The notes below the pieces were generated by a model. That model had not been told where the DNA came from. It searched no databases and was given only the letters and a program-made list of their open reading frames with translations. The position numbers and the translations under genes were made by a program. This document shows positions 10,117 through 19,820 of a stretch of DNA of 64,000 bases, in pieces (within the stretch, counting starts at the first letter, position 1; every line of letters begins with the position of its first letter). Source of the DNA: an uncultured Pelagibacteraceae bacterium (lineage in GTDB: Bacteria > Pseudomonadota > Alphaproteobacteria > Pelagibacterales > Pelagibacteraceae); contig CACBHX010000001.1 of the NCBI GenBank assembly GCA_902539145.1, positions 413-64,412 on the forward strand. The letters run 5' to 3'.

Positions 10117-10537
10117 AAAATAGTTCCTTTATTCTTTTATGAATATTATTGTAAACTTTTTCTATTATTTCATCTTTTTTATTTAAGTCGTTTGTTTCAT
10201 TAAGTAATTTAACAGGATCCTCTATATCCCAATGAATTATCTGATCTTTATTTGGCCAAATAGGACAGACTTCGTTATTGGCATTATTACAAACTGTAAT
10301 CACATAATCCATTTTAATTTGATCATTAATAAACTCATTAAAATTTTTAGATCTATAATTTGAAAGATCATAATGTTTTGATAATAAATAATTCTTCACA
10401 TCTTCATTAATTTTTCCTGTTGGATTACTCCCAGCACTAAAACCTTTATACAAATCGTCATACTCGTTATTTATTATACTTTCAGCAATAATACTTCTTG
10501 CTGAATTACCTGTGCATACGAACAATATATTCTTCAT
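10106..10537 (-). CDS. arsC: Arsenate reductase, LMW-PTP/thioredoxin-coupled type
   Basis: CTGNSARS P-loop, VCNNA and CPIWP resolving cysteines, HWDIEDP. Confidence 0.9.
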   Translation of the reverse strand: MKNILFVCTGNSARSIIAESIINNEYDDLYKGFSAGSNPTGKINEDVKNYLLSKHYDLSNYRSKNFNEFINDQIKMDYVITVCNNANNEVCPIWPNKDQIIHWDIEDPVKLLNETNDLNKKDEIIEKVYNNIHKRIKELFYEK

Positions 10538-10759
10538 TTAAAAAATAACTTTATAAATACCAATTACAAACAATGGAATTTGTAATCCAAAGTTTGTTAA
10601 GATTGCTTTATCTTTGCTAATAAATCCAGCAATGGTCCATCCAACAACTCCCAATCCATGAAAATATATATTTAATGGATATATATTTAAATTTGTAAGA
10701 AGTATTCCCACTAAAACTAGAAACGTACTGATCCACTTTAGATATTTTTTTATAAACAT
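10538..10759 (-). CDS. Small 3-TM membrane protein, unknown function
   Basis: 73 aa hydrophobic, AAGGA SD upstream, stop abuts arsC start. Confidence 0.75.
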   Translation of the reverse strand: MFIKKYLKWISTFLVLVGILLTNLNIYPLNIYFHGLGVVGWTIAGFISKDKAILTNFGLQIPLFVIGIYKVIF

Positions 10760-10817
10760 AAAATTTCCTTTCGTTATTATTATTTCAGTTATGTTAAGAA
10801 TTTATTAAAATAAAGGA

Positions 10818-11219
10818 TTATCTACACTTTTTACATAATCCAAAAAACTCAAGATTGTATTTACTGTATTTCATACCATCTTTGTCTTTGAAATTAGCTA
10901 AGTATTTAGAAAGACCCGTGCTACTTATTTCTGTTACTTTCTCACAGATCTCACAGATTGAAAATGCAGTAGCTTTTGATACCTGGCAGCTTGAATTATG
11001 ACATGCAATAAAGGCATTTCGACTTTCAATTTTATGAATTTTTCCTATTTCAACTAGCTTATCTAATGCTCTATAAACTTGTAATGGAGCTTTAATGCCT
11101 TTTTTTTGAACACTAAAAAGGATTGAATAAGCTTTCATTGGTTCAGGAGATTTATCAATTAAATCAAAAATAATTTGCTGATTTTTTGTGAGAGGATGTT
11201 CTTTATGCATTGCTTTCAT
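10818..11219 (-). CDS. zur: Zinc uptake regulator Zur (Fur family)
   Basis: QVYRAL wHTH, CEIC and CKKC motifs; downstream of znuCB. Confidence 0.9.
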   Translation of the reverse strand: MKAMHKEHPLTKNQQIIFDLIDKSPEPMKAYSILFSVQKKGIKAPLQVYRALDKLVEIGKIHKIESRNAFIACHNSSCQVSKATAFSICEICEKVTEISSTGLSKYLANFKDKDGMKYSKYNLEFFGLCKKCR

Positions 11220-11234
11220 TTTACTGATTCCTCA

Positions 11235-12038
11235 TTAATTTTTCAATTTAATAGATTGTTTTATTTTAAATAATGAAAGTATGAATAATAATAAGGCTGC
11301 TGTTATAATTGATGGACCTGAAGAAGTATTAAACTCTAAAGATGTGAACAATCCTATAATTACAGATAACAATCCTCCTATAATTGAATAGATAACCATA
11401 CTTTGAGGACTTGATGATAAATTTCTGGCCATTGCAGCAGGGATAATCAGCATTCCAGTAATTAATAGTAATCCAACCATTTTAATTGAAATAGCAATGA
11501 TTGCTGCCATTAAAATTGTAAATATAGCTTTAGCTCTATCAGGATTTAATCCTTCTGCCTCTGCTAGTTCATAATTTACTGTTGAAGCAAATAAAGGTTT
11601 CCAAATTAATTTTAGAACTAACAGGATTAATGCACCTCCAATCCATATGATCAATAAATCATCAACCGAAACCGCTAAAATATCTCCAAATAATAATCCC
11701 ATAATATCAAATCTAATGAATGTTAAAAAACCAATAACAACAAGTCCAACCGCCAGAGACGAATGAGCTAGAAGACCCAATAAAGCATCACCTGGTAAGT
11801 TAGTTTTTTTTTGAAGTTGAATTAAAATTAAAGCTATCATTGAGGAAATAACAAATACTGAAATAGCAATATTAAATTCCATAGTAAAAGCTAATGTCAC
11901 TCCCAATAGAGCAGAGTGAGCTAAGGTGTCACCAAAATAAGATAATCTTCTCCATATGACAAAGCAACCAAGAGGTCCTGTTACAAAAGCAACTCCAATT
12001 CCAGCTACCAAAGCTCTTATAAAAAAATCATCAAACAT
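11235..12038 (-). CDS. znuB: Zinc ABC transporter permease ZnuB
   Basis: YFGDTLAHSALLG, LLFGDIL. Confidence 0.95.
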   Translation of the reverse strand: MFDDFFIRALVAGIGVAFVTGPLGCFVIWRRLSYFGDTLAHSALLGVTLAFTMEFNIAISVFVISSMIALILIQLQKKTNLPGDALLGLLAHSSLAVGLVVIGFLTFIRFDIMGLLFGDILAVSVDDLLIIWIGGALILLVLKLIWKPLFASTVNYELAEAEGLNPDRAKAIFTILMAAIIAISIKMVGLLLITGMLIIPAAMARNLSSSPQSMVIYSIIGGLLSVIIGLFTSLEFNTSSGPSIITAALLLFILSLFKIKQSIKLKN

Positions 12039-12785
12039 CTAATTTTTTTTAATTTCTCCTTCATCTGTATGAATATGGTCGTGCTTATGCTGATATCTAG
12101 ATAATATTTGAGAAGCTTGTTCTCCAAACAAGGCTTTATACTCGTTGTTTTTTGCAACATCCATTGGAGATCCTGAGCAACAAACATGGCCGTTTAGACA
12201 AACAACATGGTCTGTTGCACTCATAACTGTATGTAAGTCGTGTGAAATTAATAAGATCCCACAACTTAATTCATCAGAAATTTTCTTAATTAGTTCGTAT
12301 AAAGCTATTTCACCAGTAAAATCAACTCCCTGTACTGGTTCATCAAGCACTAATAGATCAGGTTTTTTTGATATAGCTCTAGCAAGTAGCACTCTTTGAA
12401 ATTCACCACCTGATAAATCTCCTAAATTTTTATCTTTAAGATGAATGACACCAGTTAAAGATAGAGCTTCATCTATTGTCTCTTTATTAAGACTTTCTGT
12501 TAACATCATGAAATCATTTACTCTTAGCGGTAACGTCCAATCAATTGAAATTTTCTGTGGAACATATCCAACTTTATTAGTGTATTTTTCAACAGAACCA
12601 TCAATCTTTTTGTAAATACCTAGAGCAATTTTAGCTGTTGTGCTTTTTCCTGATCCATTTGGGCCTATGAGAGTCACTATTTTACCTTTTTCAACTTGTA
12701 GAGAGACTCCTTTTACTAACCATTTGCTGTTCAACTGTAAACCAGCATCATTTAATTTTACCAATATATTTTGATCAGTGCTCAT
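12039..12785 (-). CDS. znuC: Zinc ABC transporter ATPase ZnuC
   Basis: GPNGSGKST, LSGGEFQR, DEPVQGVD, HVCCSG, His-rich tail. Confidence 0.95.
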   Translation of the reverse strand: MSTDQNILVKLNDAGLQLNSKWLVKGVSLQVEKGKIVTLIGPNGSGKSTTAKIALGIYKKIDGSVEKYTNKVGYVPQKISIDWTLPLRVNDFMMLTESLNKETIDEALSLTGVIHLKDKNLGDLSGGEFQRVLLARAISKKPDLLVLDEPVQGVDFTGEIALYELIKKISDELSCGILLISHDLHTVMSATDHVVCLNGHVCCSGSPMDVAKNNEYKALFGEQASQILSRYQHKHDHIHTDEGEIKKN

Positions 12786-12805
12786 TTTATTTCTTGACTA
12801 ATAAG

Positions 12806-12838
12806 TGTAATATTATTACATAATGTTATATTATAACA
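12806..12838. promoter_or_regulatory. Two tandem Zur boxes in the znuC/znuA divergent promoter
   Basis: Perfect 7-1-7 palindromes TGTAATA-T-TATTACA (12806-12820) and TGTTATA-T-TATAACA (12824-12838), matching the proteobacterial Zur core TGTTATAnTATAACA. Confidence 0.88.
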
Positions 12839-12855
12839 ATTCAAATAAACAACAT

Positions 12856-13881
12856 ATGAAAAACATAAAAAAATTACCATTATTTCTATCAATATTATCA
12901 TTCTTAACAATTTTTGTACCAGCAAACGCTGAAATTAAAGTAGTTGCAACAATTAAACCAATCCATTCTCTTGCAAGTTATCTAATGGATGGTGTTGCTA
13001 AACCAGATTTAATTGTTGATGGTTATGCTTCCCCACATGGATTTGCGCTTAAGCCATCACACGCAAAAATGATTCAAAATGCAGATATTATATTTTGGGT
13101 AGGAGAGGACATAGAAAATTTCTTGGAAAAACCATTAAAAACAATTGCGAAAGATGCTGAAAAAATTGAATTAATGGAAATTAAAGGTTTAACTAAACTT
13201 AAATTTAGAGAAAGAAATATTTTTGATGAACATGGTCACAAAGATAAAGATGATGATCATGGTCATAAAGAAGATGAACATGGTCACAAAGATAAAGATG
13301 ATGATCATGGTCATAAAGAAGATGAACATGGTCACAAAGATAAAGATGATGATCATGGTCATGATGAACACGCTCATGGCGAATTTGATCCACATATTTG
13401 GCTGGACCCTATGAACGCAAAAATAATTTTAAGTGAGATGGCTGAACATCTGATAGAAAAAGATCAGAAAAATGCTTCTACATATAAAGCAAATTTAAAG
13501 AAAGCACATAATGATTTAGATAAATTAACAAAAAAAGTTAAGTCTGAATTAAACAAAGATTTTAAATCAGTAGTCTTTCATGATGCTTATCAATATTTTG
13601 AAAAAAGATTTGGTATAAATATTCTTGGAGCATTTACAGTAAATACAGACGTTATGCCTGGTGCTGAACAATTAGCTGAAATTAGAGAAGTAATCGAGCA
13701 TGATAAAGTGAGTTGTATATTTTCTGAACCTCAATTTAATCCTGATATAATTAAAGCTGTAGCAAAAGATACCAATGTTGCAACAGGTGTTATAGATCCA
13801 TTAGGAGCTACACTTGATCCAGGAAAAAATTTATATTTTGATTTGATTGGCAACATGTCAAAATCATTTAAAGGTTGCTAA
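12856..13881 (+). CDS. znuA: Zinc ABC transporter substrate-binding protein ZnuA
   Basis: Signal peptide, IKPIH, SPHGF, His/Asp loop, DPHIWLDP, FHDAY; ATG 12856 preferred because ATG 12823 lies in the Zur box. Confidence 0.95.
   Translation: MKNIKKLPLFLSILSFLTIFVPANAEIKVVATIKPIHSLASYLMDGVAKPDLIVDGYASPHGFALKPSHAKMIQNADIIFWVGEDIENFLEKPLKTIAKDAEKIELMEIKGLTKLKFRERNIFDEHGHKDKDDDHGHKEDEHGHKDKDDDHGHKEDEHGHKDKDDDHGHDEHAHGEFDPHIWLDPMNAKIILSEMAEHLIEKDQKNASTYKANLKKAHNDLDKLTKKVKSELNKDFKSVVFHDAYQYFEKRFGINILGAFTVNTDVMPGAEQLAEIREVIEHDKVSCIFSEPQFNPDIIKAVAKDTNVATGVIDPLGATLDPGKNLYFDLIGNMSKSFKGC
13225..13362 (+). repeat. Perfect 48-bp tandem repeat (~2.9 copies) in the ZnuA His-rich loop
   Basis: gatgaacatggtcacaaagataaagatgatgatcatggtcataaagaa at 13225, 13273 and (42 of 48 nt) 13321. 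Confidence 0.97.
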
Positions 13882-14654
13882 GCTAAAGTTATTTCTACAG
13901 GAGTGTGGTCTGATGGCTTTTCTCGACCTCTAGGGTCTTTATTAATATTGATACTTTTAATATTGTCTATCAAAGAATTTGAAACTAAAAAATGGTCTAT
14001 TCTCATTCCGTTATTTTTTTGCCAGGCGCCTCTCATATAATCCCAAAAAGTATATTCTTCTTTGGTATCATAAAAATGTCTATAGACATCATTAAAACCT
14101 AGATTAATCATTTCTCTCAATTTTTTTCTAATTTCCAATCTAAATAAGGCATCATCTTCAAAACTTTTAGGATTATATACATCTTCCGCTGATGGTATTA
14201 TGTTAAAGTCCCCAGCCAGAATAATATTTTGATTTTTTTTACTTAAATTTTTTAATTGCTTAATTAAGTCATCGAGCCATTTTTTTTTATAATCATACTT
14301 TTCAGTGTCGACTGGATTACCATTAGGAGTGTAAATATTGATTAATTGAATATTTTTCTTTTTATATTCAATTTCAGCAGAAATTATTCTTGATTGTTTT
14401 AATTTATCTTTAATTAGATCTTTTCTGATATTTTTTAATTTCCCTTTCGAAATAATTGCTACGCCATTATAACTTTTTTGACCAAATACATGGCTTTCAT
14501 AATCCATAGATGAAAAATCATCATATGGAAAATTTAAGTCTTCTGTTTTGATTTCCTGCATCATCAAAATATCAGGCTTATATTTTAGCAGATAACTTTT
14601 TATATTTTCAATTCTAGCTCTAACAGAATTTACATTCCACGATGAGATTATCAT
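13878..14654 (-). CDS. xth: Exodeoxyribonuclease III
   Basis: SWNVNS, QEIK, YNGVA, GDFN, RIDH, SDH; ATG at 14654. Confidence 0.95.
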   Translation of the reverse strand: MIISSWNVNSVRARIENIKSYLLKYKPDILMMQEIKTEDLNFPYDDFSSMDYESHVFGQKSYNGVAIISKGKLKNIRKDLIKDKLKQSRIISAEIEYKKKNIQLINIYTPNGNPVDTEKYDYKKKWLDDLIKQLKNLSKKNQNIILAGDFNIIPSAEDVYNPKSFEDDALFRLEIRKKLREMINLGFNDVYRHFYDTKEEYTFWDYMRGAWQKNNGMRIDHFLVSNSLIDNIKSININKDPRGREKPSDHTPVEITLA

Positions 14655-14971
14655 TAAAGTGAAAAGGAGACACCACAACCACAAGATGATTTTGTTTGCG
14701 GATTATTTATTTTAAATTGTTCACCAATTAATTCAGAAACATAATCAACTTCTGATCCTTTGAGTAAATCTGCCGAAGTTTTATCAATTAAAATATTTTG
14801 ATAATTTAAATCGTCATCATTTTTTTCTTTGTCAAAAGTAAATTCGTATTGAAAACCCGAGCAACCACCACCTTTGATAGCGATTCTAAAAAAAGAGCCT
14901 TTATCTTTTTTAGATAAAAGAACATTGATCTGTTTTAGTGCTTTATCGGTAAATTTAATTTCTTTAATCAT
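14654..14971 (-). CDS. erpA: A-type Fe-S carrier ErpA/IscA
   Basis: GGGCSGFQY and CGCGVSF; xth-erpA-dgt-argS order. Confidence 0.9.
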   Translation of the reverse strand: MIKEIKFTDKALKQINVLLSKKDKGSFFRIAIKGGGCSGFQYEFTFDKEKNDDDLNYQNILIDKTSADLLKGSEVDYVSELIGEQFKINNPQTKSSCGCGVSFSL

Positions 14972-15021
14972 AATTGATCACTGATATTACTAATATAATA
15001 CTTAAAATTATATTTTAAAGG

Positions 15022-16140
15022 ATGAAAAATTACTCAAAGCTAGGATTATTCAAAAGTAAGGGTAGAATATCTTACGAAACACCCTCAAAATATAGATCTC
15101 CATTTCAAAGGGATAGAGATAGAATCATACATAGCGCTTCATTTAGAAGATTAAAACATAAGACTCAAGTGTTTGTAAACACGGAGGGTGATCATTATCG
15201 AACTCGTATAACTCATTCAATGGAAGTATCTCAAATAGCACGGTCTATAGCACGTTATTTCAATTTAAATGAAGACCTAACAGAGACTTTAAGCTTGGCG
15301 CACGACTTAGGCCACACTCCGTTTGGCCATGCAGGCGAGGAGTCTTTGAATGATTGCATGGCTGATCACGGTGGGTTTGATCATAATTTGCAAACATTGA
15401 GAATTGTGATGTTTTTAGAAAATAAATATATGAAATTTAATGGTCTAAATTTATCAATTGAGACCTTGGAGGGCCTTTTAAAACACAATGGGCCAGTGGA
15501 GGACTTAAATTTAGTAAATGATTTAATAGGCACAAAAAAATTTAAGAATTTAATCAATTTTAAAACATATCCACCATTAGAAGCTCAAATTGCAGCTATT
15601 TCAGACGATATTGCTTATAATAATCACGACATACAAGATGGACTTAAGGCTAATTTATTTTCAATTGAGGAGTTAGTTGAAATAGATTTTTTTAAAAACA
15701 TTTATAAAAAATATAAAAGAAAAATAAATAGATATAACTATGATATCGCAGTATATCAGATCATAAGAGATTCAATTGATATAATGATAAAAGATCTAAT
15801 ATCTAATACTTTAAAAAATTTAAAAAAAAATAGAATTAAAGAGTCTAAAGATATAAAGAAAACAAAAGATTTAACCGTAGATTTTTCTAACAAAATAAAA
15901 AATTCTGATTATGAGATTAGATTTTTCCTAAAATCGAAAATGTACAATAACAAAAATGTCTTAAAAAAAAATAACAGAGGAAAATATATTATCAAAAAAC
16001 TTTTTGAAATGATTATAAAAAATCCCAAAAAATTTATTTCAAGAAAAGAGCTTTCTATTGATAAGTTTAGAGCAATTTCTGATTTTATATCTGGGATGAC
16101 TGATAGATATGCTATTAATTTATATAAAGATTTAAAATGA
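15022..16140 (+). CDS. dgt: dGTP triphosphohydrolase
   Basis: RDRDRIIH, RTRITHS, HDLGHTPFGH, DDIAY. Confidence 0.95.
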   Translation: MKNYSKLGLFKSKGRISYETPSKYRSPFQRDRDRIIHSASFRRLKHKTQVFVNTEGDHYRTRITHSMEVSQIARSIARYFNLNEDLTETLSLAHDLGHTPFGHAGEESLNDCMADHGGFDHNLQTLRIVMFLENKYMKFNGLNLSIETLEGLLKHNGPVEDLNLVNDLIGTKKFKNLINFKTYPPLEAQIAAISDDIAYNNHDIQDGLKANLFSIEELVEIDFFKNIYKKYKRKINRYNYDIAVYQIIRDSIDIMIKDLISNTLKNLKKNRIKESKDIKKTKDLTVDFSNKIKNSDYEIRFFLKSKMYNNKNVLKKNNRGKYIIKKLFEMIIKNPKKFISRKELSIDKFRAISDFISGMTDRYAINLYKDLK

Positions 16141-17870
16141 ATATTTTTGATCTATATCTGATTAAAATAAAAGACATACTTAAAGATTTGTCTAAACAAA
16201 ATAAGATTATTTTGCCTGAAAATTTGGAAGGAATTACCGCTGAAATTCCACCAGTCAAGTTTGAAAGTGATATTTCAACTAATGTAGCAATGTTCTTGGC
16301 AAAGATTAATAAAAAGACACCTAATGATATTGCTGAAATTTTATCTCCAATTCTACGTGATAATGATATGCAAATTGAAAGGATATCGATTGTAAAGCCT
16401 GGTTTTATTAATATTAAATTTAAACCAATATTTTGGACAAATTTTATTAAAGACGTAATCGAAAATTACAAAAGTTTTGGAGTAAATAAAAAAGAAAAAA
16501 AAATAAATTATTTAATAGAATTTGTATCTGCCAATCCGACTGGACCATTACACGTAGGTCATTGTCGAGGTGCTATTTTAGGCGACGTAACGGCAAATTT
16601 GTTACAGTACAACAAGCATAAGGTTACAAAAGAATACTATGTAAATGATTATGGTAATCAAATAATTAATTTTACAAAATCAGTATATTTTAGAATTAGA
16701 GAGATAAAATTTAAGGAGGACTTTCCGTCTAATGATGAAAACTTGTATCCAGGCGATTATATAAAAGATTTTGCTCAAAATATTATAAAATCAAATAAAG
16801 ATCTAAACTTTGAAAATTTTGAGAGTATTTCTGAAAATCTAACTATTCTTTCAATTGAAGAGGCATTAAATTTAATTAAAAAAAATCTTAATAGTCTTGG
16901 AATTAATCATGATAGTTTTGTCAGTGAGAAAAAATTGGTTTCCAATAAAGAAGTGGAAAAAGTTGTTCAAACACTTGAAGAGAATAATTTTGTTTATAAA
17001 GGAAAGATTAAAGCACCAATCGGAGAGAATAAAAATAGTTGGGAGGAGAGAGAGCAGCTTCTTTTTAAATCAACTGATTTTGGTGATGATAAAGATAGAG
17101 CATTAAAAAAAAGTGATGGCTCATGGACTTATTTTGCGAGTGACGTAGCTTATCATAAAAATAAATTAGACAGAAATTTTGATTGTTTAATAAATATTTT
17201 AGGTGCTGATCATGCTGGTTATATAAAAAGAATTTCATCTTCTGTTGATGCATTATCTAATTCAAAGATCAAATTAATTTGTAAAGTAAGCCAACTAGTA
17301 AAACTTATAAAAAATAAAAAACCTTTTAAAATGTCAAAAAGAAAAGGTGACTATATTACTGTGGATGACCTAATTGGTGAAGTTGGCAAAGATGCTACTA
17401 GATTTATAATGCTAAATAGAAGTAGTGATGTGGAATTAGATTTTGATTTTGACAATGTTGTGGAGAAGTCAAAAGAAAATCCTCTTTATTATGTACAATA
17501 TGCTTATGCAAGAATAGCTTCTGTATTTAGACATTTAAATAAAGATTTAAGTTCTGAATTAGATATTGATAGTTATGATTTTAGATATTCAAACGATGAA
17601 ATCCAGATTTTAAAAAAAATAGCTGAATGGCCAAAATGTATAGATATATCATGTAATAGATTGGAGCCACATAGAGTAGCTGTTTATCTTTATGATTTAT
17701 CATCACTATTTCATTCTTATTGGAATTTAGGAAAAGATAATCCAGATAAACGATTTATTAATGAACAAAAAAAAATCAATAATGATAAATTGATTTTTCT
17801 TAAAGTTATCTCTAACGTAATAAAATCAGGTATGAATATTATTGGTGTTTCAACACCAGAAAAAATGTAA
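16137..17870 (+). CDS. argS: Arginine-tRNA ligase
   Basis: EFVSANPTGPLHVGH, GADH, KMSKR, YVQYAYAR. Confidence 0.97.
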   Translation: MNIFDLYLIKIKDILKDLSKQNKIILPENLEGITAEIPPVKFESDISTNVAMFLAKINKKTPNDIAEILSPILRDNDMQIERISIVKPGFINIKFKPIFWTNFIKDVIENYKSFGVNKKEKKINYLIEFVSANPTGPLHVGHCRGAILGDVTANLLQYNKHKVTKEYYVNDYGNQIINFTKSVYFRIREIKFKEDFPSNDENLYPGDYIKDFAQNIIKSNKDLNFENFESISENLTILSIEEALNLIKKNLNSLGINHDSFVSEKKLVSNKEVEKVVQTLEENNFVYKGKIKAPIGENKNSWEEREQLLFKSTDFGDDKDRALKKSDGSWTYFASDVAYHKNKLDRNFDCLINILGADHAGYIKRISSSVDALSNSKIKLICKVSQLVKLIKNKKPFKMSKRKGDYITVDDLIGEVGKDATRFIMLNRSSDVELDFDFDNVVEKSKENPLYYVQYAYARIASVFRHLNKDLSSELDIDSYDFRYSNDEIQILKKIAEWPKCIDISCNRLEPHRVAVYLYDLSSLFHSYWNLGKDNPDKRFINEQKKINNDKLIFLKVISNVIKSGMNIIGVSTPEKM

Positions 17871-18130
17871 TGATTAAAGAGATTAAGTATTTAGTATTTA
17901 TTATCTTAATTTCTTTGTTCTTATTTTTTACTATTCGATATTATTTTTCTGATGAAAACAAAAAAAAGTCATATAGATCATTGAACAATATTGATATGAA
18001 AATAAATAATTATGTAAAAAATTTACCTATTTTAAAAAGTGATACTCAAAATATAATTGAATACGTTGAAGAGACCAAATCCAATAAAAAAAAATATAAT
18101 TTTTGGAAATTGTTAGAAAGCGATGAATAA
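17870..18130 (+). CDS. Small bitopic membrane protein, unknown function
   Basis: N-terminal TM helix; overlaps argS stop and nagZ start. Confidence 0.75.
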   Translation: MIKEIKYLVFIILISLFLFFTIRYYFSDENKKKSYRSLNNIDMKINNYVKNLPILKSDTQNIIEYVEETKSNKKKYNFWKLLESDE

Positions 18131-19070
18131 TCGGAGATCATTTATAGTTGGTCTTAAATCGACTGAAATTAGTTCAAAGGAACAACTTTTTTTAAAAAAA
18201 TATAAACCATGGGGGGTTATTCTATTTACTAGAAATATAAAGAATTTAAATCAAACTAAAAAACTAACTTCAAAAATAAGAAATATTTTCAATGACAAGA
18301 AATATCCTATAATGATTGATCAGGAGGGTGGACGTGTAAGCAGATTAGAAAATATCATCTCTTTTAAGAATCTGACCTCTGACTTTTTTGGAAAAAAATA
18401 TGTTAAAGATAAAAAGGATTTTGATATCTGCTTTAAAATTTTTATAGACAAAACATCATATTTATTAAAAGAATTAGGAATAAACATCAATTCTGTTCCA
18501 GTGTTAGATCTTAAAATTAGTGGTTCCAGTAAAATAATCGGAGACAGATCCTTTTCAAGAGATCCTAATATTGTCTCTAAAATTGGCGATATATGTATTC
18601 AAACTTATAAAGAAAATTCAATTGGTACCATTATCAAGCATATACCTGGTCATGGTCTTGCTAAAGTTGATAGTCATTTTTCTACTCCATATATTGATAA
18701 AACGCTTAAATATCTTTTAAGAAATGATTTTAAAGCCTTTAAAAATAAAAATTCCTTTTTTGCAATGACTGGTCATTTGATTTTTAATCAAATTGATAAA
18801 GTCAATACAGTTACTCATTCTAGAAAAATGATAAATATTATTAGAAAAAGAATTGGTTTTAAAAATCTCTTAATTTCTGACGATTTATCAATGAAGAGCC
18901 TTAAAAAGGGTCTCAAAATAAATACAATTGATACTTTTAAAGCAGGTTGTAATTTAGCGTTACATTGTAATGGTAAATTAAAAGAAATGGAAATTGTTGG
19001 TAAAAACTCACCTTTACTAAGTAAATTTATAATAAAAAAAACATCACAATTTTACAATATTTTAAGATAA
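18123..19070 (+). CDS. nagZ: Beta-N-acetylhexosaminidase (GH3)
   Basis: DQEGGRV, KHIPGHG...DSH, SDDLSM. Confidence 0.93.
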   Translation: MNNRRSFIVGLKSTEISSKEQLFLKKYKPWGVILFTRNIKNLNQTKKLTSKIRNIFNDKKYPIMIDQEGGRVSRLENIISFKNLTSDFFGKKYVKDKKDFDICFKIFIDKTSYLLKELGININSVPVLDLKISGSSKIIGDRSFSRDPNIVSKIGDICIQTYKENSIGTIIKHIPGHGLAKVDSHFSTPYIDKTLKYLLRNDFKAFKNKNSFFAMTGHLIFNQIDKVNTVTHSRKMINIIRKRIGFKNLLISDDLSMKSLKKGLKINTIDTFKAGCNLALHCNGKLKEMEIVGKNSPLLSKFIIKKTSQFYNILR

Positions 19071-19079
19071 TATTGGCAT

Positions 19080-19820
19080 ATGTCTTTCAACGATTCTGAA
19101 TTTTTTAACGTTCAAATTGAAAATTATAATGGTCCACTAGATGTTTTACTAGATCTCGCAAAAGCTCAAAAAGTAAATTTAGAAAAAATATCAATAACTA
19201 AATTAGCAGATCAATTTAATGATTATATTAAAAATGAAACAAATCTAAATTTAGAGACAGCTTCTGAATATTTGTTAATGGCAACATGGTTAGCTTACCT
19301 AAAATCAAAATTATTGTTACCTAGCTCTCCAGAGGAAGAGTTCAAACTTCAAGAAGTTGCTGAAAAATTAAAATTACAACTTAAAAAATTGGAATTAATT
19401 AGATTATTGTCAGATCAAATGCTTAAGCGTAAACGTCTTGGAAAAGAGATCAGAACAAGAGGCATGAAGGCTGGAATAAGACCAATTTATAATAGTGAAA
19501 TTAATATCAGTTTATTTGACCTTTTAAAAACGTACTCCTCTATTTTAATGACTAAAGATTTTCAAAAAATTAATATCCCAAGACTTCCAGTTTTTACAAC
19601 TGAAGACGGCATAAAAACTATCAGAGATTTTTTCGGTAAGCTTTTAGATTGGAAGAAATTAGATGATTTGATACCAAAAAATTTTAAAAATGAAAAAAAA
19701 TTTAAAAGCACTGGAACAGCTGGAATTTTTGCTGGTTCATTAGAATTAGTTAAAGAGGGAAATTTAAGAATAAAACAAGATGATCTTTTTGAAGAGATTT
19801 ATATAAAAGAGAATAAATGA
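19080..19820 (+). CDS. scpA: Segregation/condensation protein A
   Basis: GPLDVLLDL, YLLMATWLAYLKSKLLLP, SLELVKEG. Confidence 0.94.
   Translation: MSFNDSEFFNVQIENYNGPLDVLLDLAKAQKVNLEKISITKLADQFNDYIKNETNLNLETASEYLLMATWLAYLKSKLLLPSSPEEEFKLQEVAEKLKLQLKKLELIRLLSDQMLKRKRLGKEIRTRGMKAGIRPIYNSEINISLFDLLKTYSSILMTKDFQKINIPRLPVFTTEDGIKTIRDFFGKLLDWKKLDDLIPKNFKNEKKFKSTGTAGIFAGSLELVKEGNLRIKQDDLFEEIYIKENK

Noticed and set aside
10778-10799. TTATGTTAAGA resembling the XerD arm of dif
   Set aside because: No XerC arm (..CATAA) 6 bp upstream; it lies in a promoter region and is better explained by the Pho-box-like array or chance.
13189-13414. Three repetitive alternative-frame ORFs, and a possible CRISPR-like array
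   Set aside because: They are shadows of the 48-bp coding repeat in znuA; the units are contiguous with no unique spacers and there are no cas genes.
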